Made by a program: the position numbers and the translations under genes | Notes under the pieces: generated by a model | Databases searched by the model: none | The model's input: only the letters and a program-made list of their open reading frames with translations | What the model was told of the DNA's origin: nothing | Assembly (NCBI GenBank): GCA_009914755.4 | Contig: CP068257.2 | Span: 31,424,001 to 31,488,000, forward strand | Origin: the human T2T-CHM13v2.0 reference genome, Homo sapiens | Length of the DNA: 64,000 nt | Direction: 5' to 3' | Shown: positions 54,751 to 64,000 of the stretch, in pieces | Layout: each line of letters begins with the position of its first letter | How positions within the stretch are numbered: position 1 is the first letter of the stretch

Positions 54751-57700
54751 TGGGCGTGAGGCAGCTCTAAGTCCCCCTGGGCTCTAACGGCCTCTGGTCT
54801 TTGCCCCTCCTCCCTCTCCCTGCAGTACTAACAAGGTGAAAGAAGGGTCTTATCGAATTCAGCCTTTGTCCTGCTGCCATTTGTCATGGGAAATCTTTCC
54901 AGGGACTGGCACTCTGACTTGGTTGGAAAGCCAAGGGTATTGAGCCCACATCAATAGAAGGAAGGTTTGCAAGCCAAGTCTACACCTGCCCTCTGCCGTG
55001 CCCAACAGAGGGGAGACAGTCTGGGGATTATTTACCCCTGGAACTTTTGCTGCAATAAATAAAGCAATGCTGGAGGCTTGAAGGAGTTTAAAGACTAACA
55101 GGGGAGATAATAATTGTTACTATGCACCAGGCAGGGTTCTAAGTCCTTTGCATAAATTAACCCACTTAAGCCTCCCAACAGCTCCCTGAGGTTGGATACT
55201 ATTAGCCCATTTTTACAGGTGGGTAAACTGAGGTACGGGGGGTTAAATAATTTGCCTAAGATCATACTACAGGGAAGCAGTAGAGAGGAGACTCGAACCC
55301 CTGAAAACACAAAGAGCAGCCCTGGGCCCTCGGCAAAGACGACGCTTCCTATCCCGGGGACAGAGGGAGACAAGTCCAGGCATCCCAGAGAGCAGGAATC
55401 CCAGAGCAAAGGCCAGGAGTGGGACCACAGGCAGAGTAAGGGGCCCAGGTGGCTGGTGCACCCGCCTGAGGATCGGATGTCTCTCTGGGGCATTGTGTCT
55501 ACTTAAAGCGCTTGGCTCAGGTTTTCCATCAGGCCCAGAAGAGCCATTTTGGGGCAGCACAGAGACCTCAGAGGAATGAGCTCAACTGAGCGGCTGTAGT
55601 TTGCAAAAGCTGCCGACCAGACAAGCTTCACCCTTCAGACCAAAAAGAAAAATCCCCTCTGGAGCCTGAATTGTTCGGCAAAAAAGATAAACGTAGAAGC
55701 CAGTCCCAGATCTTAGAGCACCTCAATGGGACATGTGGATCATTTTCTGTAGTTAACAAGGAACCCTTAAAAGAATAAGCCATTCTTGTTACGGCTTTTG
55801 AATTGTGATGGCTTTTGCCTGCAATATCTGTATGTTTATGGCAAAATCATTATTTTGAGATGAACTATCTGGATAACTGTCGGAGAGAAACTGCAGGCTG
55901 CATTTCACCACTGATGCTCTGTTTTATGCATGTGTTGCATGTATTCCCACCAGTTGGTGGTAAACTTTTGCATTTTTCAAGCCTGTCAGAGGACCGACCC
56001 ACTTTCTGTGCAGTGTCAGAAGCTCAAGAGAGAAGCCAGAAGAAAAAGACACAGTAGCCTGTAGCCTTCGGTGCACATCTGCAAAGAATGCATGCCTATT
56101 GCCACTATTGCATTCTGTCCGGGGCTCTATCATTCATCTTCTAAGCCAAACTTCTGCCAAGTCCTCTCATTTGTCCATCGAACATTTCCGTACCGGCTGT
56201 TTTTCCATCTTACCTCGCCAAAGTTGTTTATATTCTCCCTGAGTGACAGAGCAAACAAAAGCTGGGCAAAAGCAAACAAATAGGGTCTTCTGATAATTGA
56301 ACCACTTTTGAATCTTTCATTGACAACATCTCCACACCGAAGAACACCTGCCATAGGTATCAAGCATAAATGCTTCTTCATCAATGGTTGCTTGCATCGA
56401 AAAGGGCTCAGAAAGATAGGACTCCTGACTGTTCCCTCAGAAAACGTTTGTGTTTCAGCTCATCTGGGATTGGAGAGCCCATTTCTTCCTGATGTGTGTC
56501 ACTTGGAGGCCTCCAACCTGCAAACATCAGGATGGCTGCTTCCCTGCAAAATTAGGCAGCTGCAGGTTGACTTGAGTCTGTGTCTCCCGATCCAGAATGT
56601 GGGACGATGCAATTGAATAAGTGTGGGATGCTTTCTTCATAGCATAATGCTACACGATGACTTCCTACAGACACACACACTGAGAGAGACCAAGGGAGGA
56701 TAAATTTGGGATAAAAATGCCACAATCTCATGGCCTCAACACCAAACTGGTGCTGATCCAATTCTTCCCGAAATGAAATGTGATGTTTCTGAATTCCTTC
56801 TGGCTGCCGCTGAAAGCCCCCACTTTTCCTGGTGACTGTGGGAGGCTGCGATGTGGTGGGGGTGGGGCACGGAGTACTGGGCGCTAAGCTCTCTCCTGGC
56901 TTCACATAAAGGAAGCAAAATCAAAATCCAAGCCTGAAAAAAAAGAAAAAAAGAAAACTAAATTTAATTGGCTAGGAAACAGGATTCCTGGGGCCTCTGC
57001 TTTCCCAGCTTCCAGAGAAGGATTTAGGCTGGGACACTTCCCCGCCCTCAGGACAAAAAGAAAAAAAAAAAAGGATTAAATTCGGGTTGGGTCTGGCTAG
57101 TACAAATTGCATGCAGAGTATACAGTTGCTTTGCATATTGCATGTGCTTTCATGGAGAGGGAAAACGGGGGAAGAGGGAGGGCAGGGACACTAAAGAGGG
57201 GAAAAAACTAAAAACAACTTGCTGTTTTCATATGGTCGGATAGAACTGTTTTGTCTTTGTAACTGTGCAGAATGTCAATGGTAGGCACCGTGTCGTGACA
57301 AGATTTTTTTTTTTTAAGTTAAGCTAAGCTCACACCCGAGCTGTAGCCCCCCGAGGTACTGCAGCTTTAATTGTGTTCAGTATGATCTACAGAACAATAT
57401 GTCTTGATAAATCTGAATGGCAACCCAGCGCACGGTTCCCCTTGGCATTGCTGCAAAGCCAGGCCTCGCTTTAGTGAACCCGTTCAGGAATGTGGGTTAA
57501 TTCGCCGACCCTTTTTACCCCCACAGCTCTGTTTTTGTGAGGTTGGCAGAAACTGACACGTTTTCTTTTGCTTAATTAAGTTGTTCAGTAGAAGGCTGGT
57601 CAAACAGTTGCATCTACGTGGGGAGTCTGGAGATGCACAGAAAGCCGTGGGCGTTTCCAACATAAAAAGGGGGATTCTGTTATTGTTTGGGTGTAGACGG

Positions 57701-59020
57701 GTCATTTTTTCAAAGTTACTGCTGCCTGAGTGACCACAACCCTGTGCGCAGCCCTGAAAGGACATTAAAGCTGCTTAAATACAACTACCTTCGGTTTACT
57801 TTTTAAAAGAGAGAGAGAGAGAAAGAGGGAAAGAACAAGCAGGAGAGAAACGAAGCGGTCCCATTTATGTAGCATTTTATTTCTTTCCGGACTTTTTTTT
57901 TTTTTTTAAGGCAAAGAGTGGGCTCATTTGCATAAGAGATGCCCATACATTATGAATTACTGCTAGTATGATCAAACTCTCTTTCCAATCAGTAAAACAA
58001 AACTGGTACCATACCCATAGAAATTGCACTGGCCTTCTGAACAGAGGAGTGGGATCTAATCACCCTTATGCCAGACATTGGGGTTAGGAAAATGTCTAAA
58101 ATCTCCATTGATGAAATTCCCGCTTTCGTTCCTTGGTGATATTATGACAACCACACACAGTATCAGTCTCATGGATTCTCAAAGGAACTGAGGGCCTGAT
58201 TGGAGGCCTCCTCCATCACGTCTCTGTCCCTTTTTGAAGCCTCCTATATTTCTAATTCAAATCACCTTTATCATTGATATGCAGATCCCCCCGATTTTCT
58301 GTGGATATTTGGTCCCAGCAAGAGTTTTTCTCATTGCACGTACTGTGTGATATATTTAACCGGAGGCAGGTGGAGGCACTGGCACCTGGGCTTTGGGATC
58401 CTAGTGCTAACAATGAATGGCCTTGGTCTACTGTATGCCCTGAGTTGTTTCTATTGATGCCACTGTGCCTCAGTTTATCCATAACAGCAGATGCTCATTG
58501 TGGGTACTTAACAGGCACCTAATACATACATTTCTGAGTTTAAGCTGCCCTCTTTCTCCCTTGGCAATAAAGCAATAATTAGAAAACTCACTGATTCCGC
58601 AGCACCTGGCACCGTCACTGTGCTGATAATCAACACCATGATTTTCAGCAGTTATGAAGCCCGGGTGCCCATTGGTGAAGCATCAGGCTTGCAGGGCTGC
58701 TCAAGGGATGTTTGTACATACTTGGTCTTGCAGAGAGCCATTATGCCTGTTTGGAAGCCAGGCACTCCAATTTTCCCCCAGGTCCCAGAACTGCAGCTTT
58801 TGGAAAGCCCAAAGATCAGCCTCTTCCTTCTAGAGAGAGAAAAGACTGCAGGGTCAAACATTTCAAGAGACTTCACCATGATTTTTCACTTCTCTTAATA
58901 TACAAGAAACAGTAGGCAATTATTTGACTGATGTTAGTTGCATGAATGGCAAAATGATTCTCAGGCCAAAGAACAATCCATTTTGGAGTATAAATGACTT
59001 GGATCAGCAGTCTACACTGA

Positions 59021-59320
<300 letters not shown>

Positions 59321-60823
59321 CGGTTTTTCATTACAAGCAATACCTGCTTACTCCTCAGATTTTGCCAGAGTTGATTATAGATTTATACTCAAGACACCAA
59401 GCTCCTATATTTAGGTTGTGTATATTCAGGTTCCCAAAAATACACAAGAAGTTGCCCAGATTTCAAGGCGCTTCCAACCTCTAAGTAGAGAGGATGGGGA
59501 GATTTCGAAGACCTGTTTTGCACAACCATTCCCAGATGACTTATTACTCTGAAGAACCAACGCCTGGCTGCACAAAGAAATGCAAAATGCTTCCCCCGGT
59601 TCTGGTGGTCGATGTTTAAGGACCACACAGGACACCAGTCTGCAGTGTCCCTATCTTACTTCTCCCTCACTGATGGCTCGAGGAAGACCCCAGAATCTGG
59701 GTCCGGTCCACCGATCTTCACGGTCTTAGAGCCACGATACTTAGGTCACCTGCCTTACTTTCAAAAAGGCCAAACTCAAAACTACACACAAGTCTCACAT
59801 ACACTTTTAAATCGCAGCTGACGGGCTGGTCTTAGCACCTCTTAAAGAGAGAAGTTGTGGGAAGTGAGAGAAGGCCTAAGCAGATGGGAGCCGAGATGGC
59901 CGGGCGGCAAGTGGCTGCCGGAGTCGTGCCACCTGGCTGTCTTCCCACAGTCTGGAGGGGGTGTGTGTGGCTGGCAGTTCCATTCCTGCTTGAGGTGGCG
60001 GGCCCTCTCCCCCTTTCCAATTCCCTGACAGCCCGGGCAGATTTTCCTTTGGCTTTTGAAAATCCAGGACATATTATTCCTCAAAGTCGCCAAGTTCCAG
60101 CTGCTAGAGAGAGCCAGCCTTTCGCTCTGTTGCCCCACCATCGAGCCTACATCTTTACACCCAGGGAAACAGAAGGCCTTCCTCCATGCGGGCAAGCCCA
60201 CAAGAGTTCGGATGCTGCCGCTCGGGTCCTGCAGACAGAGGGGAGGATTCACAAGGGCTGGCCAGGAGCCATCCCACTAGCCCTGGCACTTGCAGCTCCA
60301 CATGGAGCTCTGCGGCTCTTCAGGACAAAGAGGAGTGTTTTTATCAGCCCAACGTTCTGCTGACAAATGCATAATAAACTGACAGAAAGCGACCAAGCAG
60401 CATTTCAAAACCCCCAGTTACAGGGGAGGCCAAGCCTGAGTGGAGATGGTCACTTTCTGCAGGTGTTCGGCCAGTGTCCCTGCATTTGCATGCATTTGCA
60501 TATACTGTCAAACAGTTGGCTGACAGAAAGTCTGAGGAGGTCTGGACACAGCCCAAACCTGTCAGTGGCTTTCTCCTTGCCAGTCAAGGTTGGCTGTGGC
60601 TGCAATTAAGGCAGGAAACGAATACTTCTGACATTGCAATATACCCAGCCACAGCTGGGCGAAGTTAAATGGAAAAGTGTGCTTTATTTAGAAAGACAAG
60701 ATGCATGCTGGAAAAAAAAAGATGGGGAAGGCCAAGAGTGGTAAATGCTCAGAAAGTGACACTCTACACTCATTCTGCAAAAGGAAACAAATATTTTTCA
60801 GTCCTTCCAGGTTGCTGTGCTGT

Positions 60824-60858
60824 GGTGTTATTTGTTGTTGTTGTTTTGTTGTTGTTTG
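60824..60858. repeat. (TTG)n trinucleotide microsatellite, imperfect
   Basis: 'tgttatttgttgttgttgttttgttgttgtttgggg'. Confidence 0.8.
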
Positions 60859-62053
60859 GGGTGAGTGAGCAGATTTCCCCACTGAGTGAGGCCAATTCAG
60901 CATGTGAGAGGAGCTTGCCAGACACTACACCTTTTATCTTCAGAGTATCATCTCAGGAAGCAGGGAGGAAGCTCATCCCCAAACCGCATTTCCGTGACAC
61001 ACGTGCTACCCCATAAGGCTCCACTGTTCTGTTCAGTGTTGGCAAATAGGTAGCCATGGCTTGGAGGGGGTGAGAAAATTGGAGGGGGCCGAGCACAAGC
61101 GTCACGTTGTCCCCCCACCACCCCGCACAAGGGTTACAGCTCATATTAGCATATGGATTGCCATGGGAAAGAAACAAAATCAGAGCCTTCACTACTGTAA
61201 GAGTGAATGGCCTCAAGAGATGGAGGGGGCGGGGAAGGAAGAAAGCCAAAGAGAAAGGTTGTTGTTGTTCTTGCTGTTTTTAAGAACACATGAGATTTAT
61301 ATTTTTGGAGGCCTGTGTCCTTCTGAGATGTTGTTTTACAGATTCTTTAAGCGAGACCTAACAATTTATTAAATACTTCATCTCTAAACAGTGGTGGGCA
61401 CTAGAGTTTCATGAGCAGCAAACAATAGATTCTGTTTATTCGCCAACAATACAGACACTGTTTAGCTCCGGACTGCAAGTGGCTGAGCCATCTGGCTCAT
61501 ATCTCCACAGTAAAACATTGTCCGTGACACAAAAAATGACTACATCCCCAGGACAAACTAGTGTGACCTCTAAATAAAGCCTTCCTCTGAAGCTATGATA
61601 TCACACTGCACAGGGGACACCAGCACAATTGAATCTGGTCACCAAAAGCCCAAGTGAGATAGGACTATGTAAATGGAATTTTATAGGAGACTTTTTGTCC
61701 TCCGTGGCAAACCATCCAGATCCGTCCACAGCACTGAAACATCTTTTTCATTCACCCCTGGGACAACAGTGTGGTTCTATTTGGCGATTGGCAGTCCTCT
61801 TTCTCCCGCGCCCTACCCAGGAAGCACACGTCCGTGTTCCCGAGGCAGCACCTGCAGCCTTTGCTTCCAACAACTTTTCACTGATGGGGGCCCCACCTGC
61901 ACCAGCCTTTTTGCTGATATTTCAGAAACAAGCGGCCCTTTCTCCTCCCTGCCAGGGAGAAGGCCCAAGTTTGCCAGCTTCTTCACAAATAGCCAAACAA
62001 GTCACTCTCAGCCTTGCGCCACCTGAATGCCCGCTTCACGAGGCAAACAAGTA

Positions 62054-62099
62054 TACACACACACACACAGACATACACACACAGACACACACACACACT
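62054..62099. repeat. Imperfect (AC)n microsatellite
   Basis: 'acacacacacacacagacatacacacacagacacacacacacac'. Confidence 0.9.
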
Positions 62100-62798
62100 C
62101 CAGCACCCTGTCCAAGAAAGGGGCCATTTCAATGGAAGAAGTGTCATTCTCCGGAAAAGACCCAATTCAGTCTCCACGACCAAGGCATTTGTGTGGCTGT
62201 TTGGTGGGAAAATTTCATTACAGAAATTGAGACATGATGAAGAACAGACCAAAAAGCTGGCTCGGCTTAAGCCTTCCACCTGTTCCAATTCCTGTTTGTT
62301 TTGTTTTTCAGAGCGAGAAACCCTAACCCACCCCTATGCATAAAACATTTTGCACACAGGATGCTTTATAAAATACGATCCCTCAGTGATTTCCCCGTGC
62401 AAGCAGGTATTGGACCATTTTGCGGCCAGAGCCACCTGAGATATGACACACGCAGCACCTTGTTGGAGATGGACAGGGGAGGGTGAATTCCTACGTGAAC
62501 TTTGCCAGCCCTGTCATCTCACACAAACTACTTAACTGCTCAGCACCCATCCTCAGGTGTAAAAAAGGGATAACATTTCCTTCTTCACAGAAACTAAATT
62601 TGGAAAATAGATGAGAAATGCTTATCATAATGCCTTATATATAGTGAGGGTTTAATAAATGGAAGCTTTTACCATAATGATAACAGATAATGGTAACATT
62701 GTTTCTATGACTCCTGGAATTTCAGTGGGAAAACAGCTTCCAGAATACCAGTCACTCATTTAAATAAAAATTGACCCTTGATAATAGTAACATTTATT

Positions 62799-63122
<324 letters not shown>

Positions 63123-63570
63123 TTAGCATTCACCCTTGCCAAATTATTTGGCAAAGTTGGATCAGAAACTGCACTGCTAGTGGGCTTATCCTCTTCCTAT
63201 TTCTGAGGTAGAGCTTTCTTCATGAGGCATGAAAATGGCCAAAATTGTCTATTGTTATTTCTGTAGCAGTCATAGTCATTTGTTTTTAAAAAATGAGAAT
63301 GCACAGTTGCTGTATCTTAAGTATAAAGTCATAGGGATGGCTTGATATCTTAAAATGATTTCTTTCCTTTTGCTTCAGTTCCAATTAATCCCAAGATTTT
63401 AATTGCTTGCAAATAATTTAGGAGTAATCTTTGCACTTACACTGGTGGGTTTCTAGAAATGAAGCTGTTTGGTTGAAATTATGAAAGCTGATTTTTTCCA
63501 GTTAGTTGAGAGAACACAAACTGGACCCAGAGCCTAGGAAACAACTCTTTATAAAATTGTCACAAATGCC

Positions 63571-63900
<330 letters not shown>

Positions 63901-64000
63901 TTATGGGCCCTTGGCAGTCCAAACTTTGTGATAGGTATGTAAATCAATTTAACAGGACATGACGATATGGCTTCAGTTACCATCTATATAACTCCTCCAG

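Noticed and set aside
61629-62237. 202-aa plus-strand ORF and overlapping ORFs at 62014..62343 and 62027..62230
   Set aside because: They span the imperfect (AC)n microsatellite, which translates as HTHTHTDIHTQTHTHT / THTHRHTHTDTHTH. This is a simple-repeat artefact with no other coding features.

Overview
This window is primate (human-type) genomic DNA, not prokaryotic, so no operon or CRISPR-style system is present. Roughly 30 Alu SINEs lie on both strands, several with intact target-site duplications (TSDs) and one AluY nested inside an older Alu. Other repeats are L1 3'-end fragments, MaLR-type LTR remnants, MIR fragments and many microsatellites. The only convincing protein-coding gene is a single-exon bHLH transcription factor gene at 14457..15272 (+). 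Its 271-aa product matches my memory of human OLIG1 (oligodendrocyte transcription factor 1) end to end, which would place the window on chr21q22.11 downstream of OLIG2. The gene sits in a ~2.3-kb CpG island with a CCAAT / inverted-CCAAT / TTTAAA promoter, and candidate poly(A) signals lie ~1.35 kb past the stop codon. Every other ORF in the track is explained by Alu sequence, GC-rich low stop-codon density, or microsatellite/low-complexity translation. The points most worth follow-up are regulatory. (1) A 12.5-kb Alu-free zone surrounds and extends downstream of OLIG1. (2) A CpG-retaining non-repetitive block lies ~5.5 kb upstream and carries splice-like signals. (3) An orphan CpG island at ~53.9-54.4 kb is followed by a strong GT donor and may be an unannotated lncRNA promoter. 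(4) A repeat-free CpG-retaining block at ~57.0-58.2 kb carries octamer and homeobox motifs and is a candidate distal enhancer. (5) The OLIG1 CDS contains an imperfect (TCC)n repeat encoding a Ser/Thr tract. (6) The annotated start codon has a weak Kozak context and a better-context in-frame Met lies at codon 17. All coordinates come from reading the sequence directly. No database search was run.
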